Positions 17,357 to 26,901 are shown, numbered from the stretch's first letter. The stretch is DNA of 64,000 nt from Bacteroidales bacterium (GCA_016936355.1 JAFGYB010000006.1:16019-80018), one strand, 5' to 3'. Numbers and translations are program-made. The notes: a model not told the origin generated them from the letters alone.

Positions 17357-19006
17357 TTAGTTCGGATCCTCTTTCTTGTTCGGGAAGGTATCCTGAATAT
17401 CCATTTGTTCAAACAGCTTGTTGCTCTTCATAATTTGCAACGCCCGGTTGACGGTACGATCCGAAGAACTGACAATCTCGTAATACGCATTCTGGTTAAA
17501 CAGATCCCGGGCGATCAGTGCCTTGATCTGGAGTTTGATGAAATTGATGTTGGGATCCAGTTCTTCAGGAACAACAGCAACCGACACCTTCTTTGCATCC
17601 TGAAGGAAAACCTTGAAGTCAGCTTCTGTAACCTTGTAATTTTTGATGTACTGATTCAGACTTTTATACTGTTTGTGCAAGGTGGCCCGGTGACCGTCCA
17701 GGTATTCATTCACGTACGTATTGAACACTCCTTTACGGATGAGCGCTGAGTACAACTCGTTGTACCGGGTCGAATCCCAGGGAACGAATACATCAGGCAT
17801 AATACCTCCCCCTCCGTATACAGTACGCCCCATACTGGTTTGATATTTCAGCGAATCGGGGAAATGAATACTGTCGGCATGCAACAATTCACCGTGTTGC
17901 AACCGTCTTTCAATGTCGTTGTAATAGGCTTTCACTCCATCGTTATACGGTTTTTGAATCCAGCGGCCTGAAGGTGTATAGTACCGTGCCACCGTAAGGC
18001 GGATTACCGAACCGTCGGGCAAACGGAACGGACGCTGTACCAGGCCTTTTCCAAACGAACGCCGGCCCACGAGCAGGGCACGATCCCAGTCCTGAAGGGC
18101 TCCGGAAGTAATTTCACTGGCCGAGGCAGAACCTTCGTTGATCAGCACAATCAATTTTCCTTCCGGAAAATGACCGTTACCCATTGCATAATAATTTTGT
18201 CGCGGACTGTGTTCCCCTTTGGTATAAACAATGAGCTTCCCTTTGGGTAAAAACTCACTGGCAATTTGCTGGGCGGCACTTAAGTAGCCTCCCGGATTGC
18301 CCCGCAGGTCGAAGATCAGGTTTTTCAGTCCTTGTTTTTTCAGGCTGTCCAACGCCTGATTGAATTCTTCGTGCGACGTGCTGGCAAACCGTCCCAGTTT
18401 TATGTAACCGGTATTTTTGTTCAGCATGAAAGCGGCATCCAGGCTCTTCAGCGGAATCTTATCCCGCACAATCGTAAAGTCGATCAGGTGATCCACACCC
18501 TTTCGGTACACGCTAACCTCTACTTTCGTTCCCTTTTTCCCCCGCAAATGACTCATCACCCACTCGTTGGTGATGGAAGGACCGTAGGCCTTTTCACCGT
18601 TTACTTTAAGGATCTTGTCCCCGGCCATAATGCCCACTTTGTCGGAAGGACCTCCGGGCACGGGAGCCACCACCAGAATTGTATCCTTAAACAACTGAAA
18701 AGTGATGCCGATGCCTTCAAAACTTCCCTGCAACGGGGCTTCGGCTTCTTCCAGATCTTTTTTAGAAATATACGTTGAATGCGGATCCAGATCGCGCAAA
18801 GTGGCAACGATGGCCTTTTCCACCAGATGAGGCATATTAACCGTATCCACATAAAAATTGTTGATCAGCAGCAACAGCGTCGAATATTTTTTCGTGGTTT
18901 CGTTGGGATTCATCCCCTTCCACATATCCTGGGCGTTTACATTCGCCGAAAAGCCAACCAACAGGGTCAGTACGACCAGCATCATACTCTTTTTCATCTT
19001 GTTCAT
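17357..19006 (-). CDS. S41 family C-terminal processing (tail-specific) peptidase
   Basis: It has a PDZ segment (GIGITFQL..VVAPVPGGPSDKVGIMAGDKILKVNGE), a catalytic Ser region (LINEGSASASEI) and a Lys region (RRSFGKGLVQ). I chose the start at MNKMKKSMMLVVL (signal peptide) rather than the upstream Met at 19066. Confidence 0.8.
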   Translation of the reverse strand: MNKMKKSMMLVVLTLLVGFSANVNAQDMWKGMNPNETTKKYSTLLLLINNFYVDTVNMPHLVEKAIVATLRDLDPHSTYISKKDLEEAEAPLQGSFEGIGITFQLFKDTILVVAPVPGGPSDKVGIMAGDKILKVNGEKAYGPSITNEWVMSHLRGKKGTKVEVSVYRKGVDHLIDFTIVRDKIPLKSLDAAFMLNKNTGYIKLGRFASTSHEEFNQALDSLKKQGLKNLIFDLRGNPGGYLSAAQQIASEFLPKGKLIVYTKGEHSPRQNYYAMGNGHFPEGKLIVLINEGSASASEITSGALQDWDRALLVGRRSFGKGLVQRPFRLPDGSVIRLTVARYYTPSGRWIQKPYNDGVKAYYNDIERRLQHGELLHADSIHFPDSLKYQTSMGRTVYGGGGIMPDVFVPWDSTRYNELYSALIRKGVFNTYVNEYLDGHRATLHKQYKSLNQYIKNYKVTEADFKVFLQDAKKVSVAVVPEELDPNINFIKLQIKALIARDLFNQNAYYEIVSSSDRTVNRALQIMKSNKLFEQMDIQDTFPNKKEDPN

Positions 19007-19171
19007 AGATCGCTCTTTAAAAAGGTTAATCTGACGAAGATGCAGGGTGTTTTCATCTTTCTGCATCGTGATCAGCTTTCAAAAATACAAATATGCAGGC
19101 TTAGTTTCTGCTCCGGGCACAAGAAAGCCATATTTTATTTAAGTTTGTCGCCAAAATAACAACGAATCATT

Positions 19172-19636
19172 ATGAAAAAGGCACGTCGTATCAATACCAA
19201 CAAAACCCTTGTTTTCACTGCACTTTTAATGTTGTTCTCCGTGATGGCTCAGGCCGGAAGCCCGGAAGGCGCTAAAGTAAAGGTGAAAGGAATTCAACAA
19301 ATCCTTCTGATTCAGTTCAAAAAGTCGACCAGCGACAGCACCATTCAGCAAATAGCGATGGAGGCGTACAACATGAAGAAGAGAGCCCGCACGTTGAAGT
19401 CAGTGGAATGGGGAAAGAAAACAAACCTTACCGACGATACAAAAGACTACGACTACTGTCTGACGTTGAGTTTCAGCAGCGAAACTAATTTTGAGATTTA
19501 CAATCAAAATCCCGTAAGGCTGGAATTCATGGGAAAACTGATCCCTCTTTCCGAAAATATTCTGAAATTTACCTACCGGGTTCAGAAATTTGACAAACCG
19601 AAAGAACCCAAAAAGGAAAAGAAAAGTAAAAAATAG
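19172..19636 (+). CDS. Dabb (stress-responsive alpha/beta-barrel) domain protein with a signal peptide and a Lys-rich tail
   Basis: It has a signal-like N-terminus (LVFTALLMLFSVMAQA). Its core pattern (ILLIQFKK..SVEWGKK..DYCLTLSFSS..FEIYNQNPVRLEF) resembles Dabb domains. This assignment is only moderately secure. Confidence 0.5.
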   Translation: MKKARRINTNKTLVFTALLMLFSVMAQAGSPEGAKVKVKGIQQILLIQFKKSTSDSTIQQIAMEAYNMKKRARTLKSVEWGKKTNLTDDTKDYDYCLTLSFSSETNFEIYNQNPVRLEFMGKLIPLSENILKFTYRVQKFDKPKEPKKEKKSKK

Positions 19637-19654
19637 GCATCGAACTCTGATCTT

Positions 19655-20791
19655 TTGAAGAACACTATAAAACATTCAGTACTGACCCTTTTGTTTGTCG
19701 CACTGATGGGGTCTCAGGCTTCGGCACAGCTGTCTGTTTTTAATCGTTTTTCACCCCTTCATCCAAAGGAGTACCGCAACCTGAGTCTCCGTTTTGAAAC
19801 TTCGTTTTTCCTGCAAAACAACGAATATTTCAATCGTTTTGTGGAAGGAGCCACCGGCATCGGAGTGTATGCCCAACCCACACTGCAATATTATTTCCTG
19901 CCCAACCTGAAAGTAAACGCAGGAGTGTTTGCACTGAAATATGCCGGACGCAACGGGTTCAGTCAGGTGACTCCGATTCTGAGCATTCAGTACGAACCCC
20001 TTCCGCAACTGGACATCGTGCTGGGCAGCATCTACGGCAGTATGAATCACCAGCTGGCCGAGCCCATTTTCCGTTACGAGAAGTTCTACACCGATCCGGT
20101 GGAATATGGCATGCAGTTTCTGCTGCACACCCGAAAGATCAAAAGCGAACTGTGGCTTCACTGGGTTCACTACATCATGCCTGGCGACACGGCCAACGAA
20201 AGACTGACCGTAGGCAACAACACCACCGTGCAGCTTGTTCAGAAGAAAAACTGGAGTCTGGAACTGCCGTTTCAATGGCTGATCATCCATACGGGCGGTC
20301 AACTGGCCCCTCCCCCCCGGTACACTACCACCCTCATGAACGGAATGAGTGGTTTGACCTACAAACAGAAAACAGGGTTACACAGCAGTCTTTGGCTGGA
20401 ACAACAGTATTTTATCTATTACGGCGCCAACCTCACCGATCCCGGCCAACCCCTGAGTCAGCCGTATAAAAACGGATTCGGAACGTATTCCAAAGTACGG
20501 TTCAATTACAGGAACTTCAGTTTCATGACTGGCTACTGGTATGCCAACCGGTTTATTGCCCCCAAAGGGTCGTATCTGTTTCAGTCGGTTTCGCAAATTG
20601 ACCATTATACCAATCCGATCCGGAAACTCTGGACCACCAAACTTTGGTACCACAAAAACATCAACAACCTCCTGAAACTGGAAGTCCGGTTATCTACCTA
20701 TTACGACCTCGCACAGAAAAACCTTGATTATTCCTATAGTTTTTACGTGATCCTCAATCAGGACTTCTTTCTGACCCGCTACCGACATTAA
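19655..20791 (+). CDS. Hypothetical outer-membrane beta-barrel-like protein
   Basis: It has a signal peptide (LTLLFVALMGSQASAQ). The sequence is rich in alternating aromatic/hydrophilic strands (YYF, YGS, WYA...). No family motif is recognised. Confidence 0.5.
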   Translation: MKNTIKHSVLTLLFVALMGSQASAQLSVFNRFSPLHPKEYRNLSLRFETSFFLQNNEYFNRFVEGATGIGVYAQPTLQYYFLPNLKVNAGVFALKYAGRNGFSQVTPILSIQYEPLPQLDIVLGSIYGSMNHQLAEPIFRYEKFYTDPVEYGMQFLLHTRKIKSELWLHWVHYIMPGDTANERLTVGNNTTVQLVQKKNWSLELPFQWLIIHTGGQLAPPPRYTTTLMNGMSGLTYKQKTGLHSSLWLEQQYFIYYGANLTDPGQPLSQPYKNGFGTYSKVRFNYRNFSFMTGYWYANRFIAPKGSYLFQSVSQIDHYTNPIRKLWTTKLWYHKNINNLLKLEVRLSTYYDLAQKNLDYSYSFYVILNQDFFLTRYRH

Positions 20792-20838
20792 TTTTTCACG
20801 ATTTCCAAAACCGTACTTTCTCCAAAGGAAATTTTATT

Positions 20839-20846
20839 TATTTTTG
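20839..20846 (+). promoter_or_regulatory. Candidate Bacteroidota -7 promoter element (TAttTTTG) for pyrBI
   Basis: The sequence tatttttg matches TAnnTTTG. It lies ~155 nt upstream of the pyrB ATG and 48 nt after the previous stop codon. Confidence 0.3.
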
Positions 20847-20939
20847 TATCCCGGTAACACAAAATCTGCTCAGATGTTAACGGCCCCTGTTTGTGCACTT
20901 CAAAATGATCTTTCCTACACGAAAGACAATACAATATTT

Positions 20940-20964
20940 AAGACGGCATTGGCCGTCTTTTTTT
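20940..20964 (+). terminator. Intrinsic terminator hairpin 38 nt upstream of pyrB (possible pyrBI leader attenuator, or the terminator of the upstream gene)
   Basis: The sequence is aagacggc-attg-gccgtctt followed by a T run (7 T in total from 20958). The stem is 8 bp. Confidence 0.6.
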
Positions 20965-21001
20965 ATGTCCCTTTTTTCCAAATCAATAAATCCCAAACAT
21001 C

Positions 21002-21922
21002 ATGTCCCAGTTAAAGAACCGAAGTCTGGTTTCCATCACCGACTATTCCAAAGACGACATTCTGAAAGTACTTGAGATTGCCGCCGACTTTGAAAAAGAT
21101 CCCCGGCAGCCCATTCTGCAGGGCCACGTGATCGCTTCCCTGTTTTTTGAACCTTCCACCCGTACCCGGCTCAGCTTCGAAAGCGCTGTGCAGTATCTGG
21201 GCGGCAGCATCGTGGGTTTTGCCTCTGCCGACAGTTCCAGCGTGCAAAAAGGCGAATCGCTGAAAGACACCATTCTCACCGTCAGCAACTATTCCGATCT
21301 CATCGTCATGCGCAACCCGCTGGACGGCAGCGCCCGGTATGCCAGTGAAGTGTCTCCGGTGCCCATCATCAACGCAGGCGACGGCGCCAACCAGCACCCC
21401 ACGCAGTGTCTGCTCGACCTGTATTCCATCCAGAAAACCCAGGGTACCCTCGAAAACATCCATATTGCCATGGTGGGTGATTTGAAATACGGCCGCACGG
21501 TACACTCACTGGTTCAGGCCATGAGTTTGTTCAATGCCACATTCCATTTGGTTTCGCCTGAGTCGCTCAAACTGCCCAGTGCTGTGAAACGATGGATTTC
21601 CGAAGCCGGACTCGAATACCACCAGTACACCGATTTAAGTGAAGTCATCCCCAACGTGGATATTATCTATATGACCCGCATCCAGCGCGAACGCTTCCCC
21701 GATCCTCTCGAATACGAAGCCGTGAAAAATGCCTATGTGCTGGAAAACAAAATGCTCGAAAATTCCAAAGACAACATGCGCGTACTGCATCCGCTACCAC
21801 GGGTAAACGAGATCAGCACCGACGTGGACGACAACCCCAAAGCCTACTACTTTCAGCAGGCACAAAACGGCGTGTACGTACGTCAGGCCCTTATTGCCGC
21901 CATTTTAGGATTGAAACAATAG
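21002..21922 (+). CDS. pyrB: Aspartate carbamoyltransferase catalytic subunit
   Basis: It has the carbamoyl-phosphate binding motif [13 protein letters not shown], plus HPTQ and HPLPRV motifs. Confidence 0.92.
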   Translation: MSQLKNRSLVSITDYSKDDILKVLEIAADFEKDPRQPILQGHVIASLFFEPSTRTRLSFESAVQYLGGSIVGFASADSSSVQKGESLKDTILTVSNYSDLIVMRNPLDGSARYASEVSPVPIINAGDGANQHPTQCLLDLYSIQKTQGTLENIHIAMVGDLKYGRTVHSLVQAMSLFNATFHLVSPESLKLPSAVKRWISEAGLEYHQYTDLSEVIPNVDIIYMTRIQRERFPDPLEYEAVKNAYVLENKMLENSKDNMRVLHPLPRVNEISTDVDDNPKAYYFQQAQNGVYVRQALIAAILGLKQ

Positions 21923-21937
21923 ACAAAAACACGAATC

Positions 21938-22405
21938 ATGAAAAACAAAAGAACAGAACTGCAGGTATCGGCCATCAGCAACGGCACGGTCATCGATCAT
22001 ATTTCCTCAGAAAATACCTTCCGGGTCTTCCAGATTCTGAACCTGGATCAGGCCAAAAATCAGGTGTACGTAGGCACCAATCTCGACAGTAAAAAACTGG
22101 GCAAGAAAGGCATCATCAAGATCAGCGGACGGTTTTTCAAACCCGACGAAATCAACAAGATTGCCCTGGCAGCCCCCCAGGCAACCCTCATCGAAATCCG
22201 CGACTATGTCATCTCCAAGAAAGAAAAAATCGTGCTCCCCAAAACCGTGGAGAAGGTGGTGAAGTGTTACAACCCCAAATGCGTGACCAACCACCAGCAG
22301 ATCCCCACCCGGTTTAACATCGTCAAAGACCACCACGGCGTTACAAAACTGGCCTGCCACTACTGCGAGAAAACCATGGTCCAGGAAGATATTATTTTTG
22401 TGTAG
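21938..22405 (+). CDS. pyrI: Aspartate carbamoyltransferase regulatory subunit
   Basis: It lies immediately downstream of pyrB. It has the N-terminal LQVSAISNGTVIDHI and a C-terminal four-Cys zinc site (CYNPKCVTN...CHYCE). Confidence 0.9.
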   Translation: MKNKRTELQVSAISNGTVIDHISSENTFRVFQILNLDQAKNQVYVGTNLDSKKLGKKGIIKISGRFFKPDEINKIALAAPQATLIEIRDYVISKKEKIVLPKTVEKVVKCYNPKCVTNHQQIPTRFNIVKDHHGVTKLACHYCEKTMVQEDIIFV

Positions 22406-22590
22406 AAGGAACGCGCTGCAACGACCCCCTAACAGAAGGGAAAATCAGGGAAGATTCCGGATTATGCAATTTTGAGAAAAGCCCGCCCTTTTAGGGGTTG
22501 GAGGCCAGGAAGGTGGAAAACTTAATCTATCCTAAAACGATTCTGTTTTTCAAAGGATTTTCTTTTCTTTGCAAATCCGTCCGGAAAACC

Positions 22591-23265
22591 ATGAGATCTT
22601 TTAACCACATATCGAAAGTCAGGAAACACCCGTTGCTTCAGCGCATTGAAGAAGGCGAAGGTCAACACCTCGATTTCAAATACGAGATTTCCGACGCCCC
22701 TAAGATTGCCCGTTCGCTTTCGGCGTTTGCCAATACCGACGGTGGCTCACTGCTAGTCGGGGTGAAAGACAACGGGGTCATTGCCGGAATTGCTTCCGAA
22801 GAAGAATACTACATGATCGAACGGGCAGCTCAGCACTATTGCCAACCCGAAGTAGCTTTTCACACCAAAGAATGGAACCTCGACGGCAAGAAAATCCTGG
22901 AAGTAATCATCCCGAAAGGAGACCGCATCCCCTACAAGGCGCCCGACAAAAAAGGAGTGTTCAAGGCCTTTGTCCGGGTAGCCGACGAAAACATCCTGGC
23001 CTGCGGCGTTCAGATGAAAGTGTGGACCCGGCAAAACAGCGACCAAACCATTAGTTTCTCCAGCCGCCCCGAAGAACATCTTTTACTGAAATTACTTCGG
23101 GAACAGGATCACATTACACTGGAGCAACTGCAGGAAGCAGCTCTGCTATCCAAATTCAAAGCCGAAAACCTGCTGTCCGATTTCATTGTGCTGGGACTGG
23201 CACAAATCGATGTTACGCCTGATGGCTGCCGGTTCAGAGCCACCGATCCGGAAATTCACTCGTAA
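22591..23265 (+). CDS. AlbA_2 (Schlafen-type) putative DNA-binding domain protein with a C-terminal wHTH-like region
   Basis: The motif EGQHLDFKYEISD...LSAFANTDGGSLLVGVKDNG is typical of AlbA_2 domains. I chose the start at MRSFNHISK; the longer ORF from 22498 lacks support. Confidence 0.6.
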   Translation: MRSFNHISKVRKHPLLQRIEEGEGQHLDFKYEISDAPKIARSLSAFANTDGGSLLVGVKDNGVIAGIASEEEYYMIERAAQHYCQPEVAFHTKEWNLDGKKILEVIIPKGDRIPYKAPDKKGVFKAFVRVADENILACGVQMKVWTRQNSDQTISFSSRPEEHLLLKLLREQDHITLEQLQEAALLSKFKAENLLSDFIVLGLAQIDVTPDGCRFRATDPEIHS

Positions 23266-23305
23266 ACGAAGCTGCTGTGTCAGCACACTGCGAAGGCCAG
23301 TCGCG

Positions 23306-24121
23306 CTAATCTTCGTTAATAATTTGCTGCGGTACGGATTCCGTCTTGTAGGGGCCTTGCGACAGACAGGTAATGCGTCCTCCCTTATCCCAGATTTCAT
23401 GAATCAAACTTTCGGGAAAAGTGCTTCTCAGCCGCCACCACTGATGGGTAAAACCGGTTCCTTTCGACATCACCAGCGCCCAGACACCGTGGCCGTACAC
23501 CAGATGAGAGATAAAGTAGCCCTTGTTCCAGAACTCTTTGATGTCGCTTTCGGGATAGTTTTGCCTCAGCCGCCACGACTGGGTATAGTTATACCCTTTG
23601 GTCATCACCACTACCCATCGCCCGTCGCCGTACACCAGATCCGTAATGTCGTATCCCTTGTTCCAGAACTCACTGATGTCCTCTTTGGGAAACAATGCCC
23701 GGGATCGCCACATTTGAGCCTTGCGGGGATTTTTGTCCTTGCTCATCACGAGCACCCACAGGCCGTTCCCATAAGTAAGGTGCGTGATGTTGTAGCCTTT
23801 GTCCCAGTTCTCCGCAATTTTTTCCCGGGGAAATGCTGCTTTTCTGAAGCAGCTTTGATGCGTGTAACCGGTCCCCCGCGACAGTACCACAGCCCATATC
23901 CCGTTGTGGTATGTCAGGTCGGTGATCCCGTAGTTCTCCTTCCAGCCTTTTTCAATTTCGTCTGATGGAAATAAAGTACGGGTTCTCCAACGCTGGTGGG
24001 TATAACCAGCATTCCGCGACATCACCAGATTCCATTGATAAGACTGTGAAAAGGCATCGAAACCCAAAAAAAGGAATGCGACAAGAATTGCAGCAAATTT
24101 AACTGTACCTGAATAGTTCAT
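23306..24121 (-). CDS. Secreted protein built from five tandem ~47-aa repeats (unknown family)
   Basis: It has a signal peptide (KFAAILVAFLFLGFDAFSQ). The repeating unit is W.VVMSKG.GYT.Q.W..R..FP...I.E.W.KGY.IT.L.YG.G, seen five times. Confidence 0.7.
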   Translation of the reverse strand: MNYSGTVKFAAILVAFLFLGFDAFSQSYQWNLVMSRNAGYTHQRWRTRTLFPSDEIEKGWKENYGITDLTYHNGIWAVVLSRGTGYTHQSCFRKAAFPREKIAENWDKGYNITHLTYGNGLWVLVMSKDKNPRKAQMWRSRALFPKEDISEFWNKGYDITDLVYGDGRWVVVMTKGYNYTQSWRLRQNYPESDIKEFWNKGYFISHLVYGHGVWALVMSKGTGFTHQWWRLRSTFPESLIHEIWDKGGRITCLSQGPYKTESVPQQIINED

Positions 24122-24219
24122 GATTTACCGCCTTGATGTCCCAAATATAATCAAAATCGGGGCAAAAAGCAAGTAAAACAACGGTTCTTGCAGGGGAAAC
24201 GAGTCAGGAACAAACGTCC

Positions 24220-25092
24220 TTAAGGAAGTAACTTGTAATTGCGGTAATTCAGGTCCCAGCGCAGCAGGATCCAGGCCAGCCGTTTCAGGTGGTCTTTCAT
24301 GCTTTTCCGGGCAAACGAAGGATCGAAATCAAATTTCCAGTTGCTGGCCTCAATGCGTTCGCGCATCACTGCCGGATGCGTTCCCCGGAAAGGCCCCAGA
24401 CTTTTCACGTGCTTTTCGTAGTTAAACTCCGAAACGGCTTCCACATTTTGTTTCACCCATTCGTCGTCGAACCACAGCTTGGGAAAATCTTCCTGCTTGC
24501 GCTGCATGATCTCCGGCGGCTTCACCCAGCCGTAATGATAAACATAGGCATCTACCCTTTTCACCCGCAGTTTTTCGTTGTTGCCTTTGCGGAAACCCTG
24601 GGCATCGCGGTAGGCATAAATGGACTTGTTGTTGCGAATTACGCGGATCTCGTTGCGGTACCAGCTCGACGACGTGCCCACGTAATCGTAGGAGCCGTAG
24701 AAATGTTCGTAATGAAACAGCAGCCCGTCCACCTGTTGGTTGTTCAGGTGCTCTTTCATGCTTGCGCGGACAATGTCCAGGTATTTTTCGTGGATCACTT
24801 CATCACCCTGGATGTAAAACGCCCAGTCAGCATCGGGGGCAATGGCGGCAAAAGCCTTATCGGTTTCCTCCGCCAGCACCCGCCCGCCCGTGCGCAGACT
24901 GTCGTCCCACACTGTTTCGATGATCCGCACTTTGGGATCGATGGATCGCACCAGCTCCAGCGTATCGTCTTCCGAATTTCCCACGGCCACCACTACTTCG
25001 TCGCACAGCGGCAGGATGGAACGGATGGCTTCCACGATGGGATAATCATACTTCAGGGCATTTCTGATAAAGGTAAATCCGCTTACTTTCAT
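24220..25092 (-). CDS. Glycosyltransferase family 2-like protein
   Basis: The start is at MKVSGFTFIRNALKYDYPIVEAIRSILPLCDEVVVAVGNSEDDT, followed by YIQGDEV. This pattern is typical of small GT2-type transferases. Confidence 0.6.
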   Translation of the reverse strand: MKVSGFTFIRNALKYDYPIVEAIRSILPLCDEVVVAVGNSEDDTLELVRSIDPKVRIIETVWDDSLRTGGRVLAEETDKAFAAIAPDADWAFYIQGDEVIHEKYLDIVRASMKEHLNNQQVDGLLFHYEHFYGSYDYVGTSSSWYRNEIRVIRNNKSIYAYRDAQGFRKGNNEKLRVKRVDAYVYHYGWVKPPEIMQRKQEDFPKLWFDDEWVKQNVEAVSEFNYEKHVKSLGPFRGTHPAVMRERIEASNWKFDFDPSFARKSMKDHLKRLAWILLRWDLNYRNYKLLP

Positions 25093-25140
25093 ACTTCTTG
25101 TTTCGAACCGCAAAACTAAACAAAAACCCGGGCGCTTCAT

Positions 25141-25426
25141 CCCTCCTGTCCTTTCGAACCCGCAAGAAGTTTTCGGGGTTTGATTTCTCTCGACTTGATA
25201 GTTATTGTCATTTCGAACCTTTGGGCAGATGGTGTGTTGGTGTGAGAAATCTCCTCAATAAAAACACCGTTCATTGCGAGGAGGACCGAGGGGACGACGA
25301 AGCAATCTGTGCTGGAAAGAGATCGCTTCTCCCGATCCAAATCGGGATCGCGATAGGGACGAAAAGGAATCGTCGAAAGGACAACTTCAAACTTAAGACT
25401 TCAAACTTCATTCATTTTAATGTATA
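25141..25426. repeat. Intergenic block of modular dispersed repeats (locus A)
   Basis: 25206-25253 (tgtcatttcgaacctttgggcagatggtgtgttggtgtgagaaatctc) is the reverse complement of 30384-30431 with 3 mismatches in 48. 25321-25362 (gatcgcttctcccgatccaaatcgggatcgcgatagggacga) is an inverted relative of 30089-30133. Confidence 0.8.
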
Positions 25427-26110
25427 TTGGTACAGCAAAACATCACTCCTATGGCACTCAAAAACAACTGGATTTATTTACTGCTGCTGGTTTCGGTTCT
25501 CTCGGCCGTTGGGGCACTGATCACCGGCAATTTCATCTTTAAATCGGGAACCGCCGGGATGGGGATCCTCATCCTTTTGCTGCTGTTTTTCACCAAAGAA
25601 AAACCGGACCGGACATCCTTCTGGATCATGACCGCGTTTTTGTTTTCCATTGCCGGCGACTGGTTCCTCTCGCACATGAAGGGAAATGCCGCTATGTTTA
25701 CCGAAGGCATTGCCCTGTTTTTCCTAGCGCATGTGGGGTATCTGATGTACGCCCTTCGCAACGGGCGCATCCGGTGGGGTTTCACAGGAATCGTGCTGGC
25801 CGTTTTTTTGGTGTTTTATGTCCTGGTGCTGTATCCCGATATCCACGACTCTGTGCTGGTGACCGCGGTACTGATTTATTTGCTCATTTCCTGTTTCTCG
25901 CTCGGAGCCGCCGCGGGCATCCGGGACAAGGGGCTGGTGAAAGGAGCCTACGTGTTCGGAATCTTTCTGATCCTTTTTTCCGACACAATCATTTCGCTCA
26001 AAGAGTTTGTGGGCTATGAATCGTTGAATTTTCTGATTTTGCCTACCTACTACCTGGCCCACATCAGCATCACATACGCACTGATCCGGAAAGCACTGGC
26101 AGGAAGATAA
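25427..26110 (+). CDS. YhhN family membrane protein (lysoplasmalogenase-like)
   Basis: It is ~227 aa with about 8 TM segments. Motifs FLFSIAGDWFL and ILFSDTIISL are typical of YhhN/TMEM86 proteins. Confidence 0.65.
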   Translation: MVQQNITPMALKNNWIYLLLLVSVLSAVGALITGNFIFKSGTAGMGILILLLLFFTKEKPDRTSFWIMTAFLFSIAGDWFLSHMKGNAAMFTEGIALFFLAHVGYLMYALRNGRIRWGFTGIVLAVFLVFYVLVLYPDIHDSVLVTAVLIYLLISCFSLGAAAGIRDKGLVKGAYVFGIFLILFSDTIISLKEFVGYESLNFLILPTYYLAHISITYALIRKALAGR

Positions 26111-26448
26111 GCCGGCATCCCTTTTTTTGATCCGGACTCCAAAATCTCCCCCTGCAGCGATTTTTCTCTTCGCTGTGCTCCGATCAAAACGACTGTCTTT
26201 TCTCGTAGGGAAAGTCCTCGTCGATTTTGGAAGCTCCCCTCTTTTTAAAGCACTCTCCGGCAGTTCATTTTGGTTGAAAAATTAGTCCGGAACTGTTGGG
26301 TATATTCCATTTCTTTTTTAACTTTGTGACAACAAACCACGAAAACCCGCTGCCCGAACTTCTTCTCAACTCATTGATAATAGAAAAAAAACACAGGCCG
26401 AAGGCGTGTACCGGGTTTCGTTACAGAAACAAAAACAGAAAAAAACAC

Positions 26449-26901
26449 ATGAAAAAAACAATTCTTTTCCTGCTGGTAATGCTGACGTTCACTGCCGTCA
26501 CCCGGGCGCAGACGTACAACGAAATCAGGGTCACCCAAACAAACGGCAAGGTCTACAAACTGCAAAATGCCCACCTCGATTTGAAAACCCAAACGCTGAA
26601 CTACACCGACGCCAAAGGCGACTATGCCACCACCAACCTGGCCGCTTACACCAAAGTGGAATACCGCAACGGCAGCTATCTGGCCGAAGGCATCGTAGGG
26701 GGCGTGATCGGTTCGGTGATCGTGAACGTAATGATGCGCAAAGAGGGACAGGAGTGGTGGTACGGCATTGGCACCACACTACTGGTCGGGGCGGTACCGG
26801 CAGCCATTATCTGCGGTTCCATTCCCAGGTACAAGGAAATCAAACTGGGGAAAAACACCAAAATGGAAGTTTCGCCCCTCGCCCTGAGGCTGAAGTTTTA
26901 A
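26449..26901 (+). CDS. Hypothetical secreted/membrane-anchored protein
   Basis: I chose the start at MKKTILFLLVMLTFTAVTRAQ (signal peptide). It has C-terminal Gly-rich hydrophobic segments (GIVGGVIGSVIV, LLVGAVPAAIICG). Confidence 0.5.
   Translation: MKKTILFLLVMLTFTAVTRAQTYNEIRVTQTNGKVYKLQNAHLDLKTQTLNYTDAKGDYATTNLAAYTKVEYRNGSYLAEGIVGGVIGSVIVNVMMRKEGQEWWYGIGTTLLVGAVPAAIICGSIPRYKEIKLGKNTKMEVSPLALRLKF

Noticed and set aside
20893-21075. A 60-aa ORF reading through the pyrB-proximal terminator and 74 nt into pyrB, considered as a bona fide pyrBI leader peptide.
   Set aside because: It is kept only as a hypothesis in the findings. The listed start is a non-ATG codon. The ORF overlaps pyrB out of frame, and I cannot show conservation, so it is not annotated as a CDS.
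22498-22590. N-terminal extensions of several track ORFs: 22498, 24220-25140, 26296, 28556, 37667, 47292-48404, 49517, 55890-57782, 61802-62413, 63214 and 17357-19066.
   Set aside because: Internal ATG codons give canonical N-termini (signal peptides or conserved family starts). In two cases the extension overlaps terminator structures. The shorter models were adopted.
26205-26225. The motif GGGAAAGTCC (also GGAAAGTCC at 31770-31780), reminiscent of the RNase P RNA CR-I sequence.
   Set aside because: No other conserved RNase P regions (for example ACAGNRA or the CR-IV/V GGCUUA context in the right arrangement) or P4 pairing partner are found nearby. The motif recurs as one of the dispersed repeat modules.
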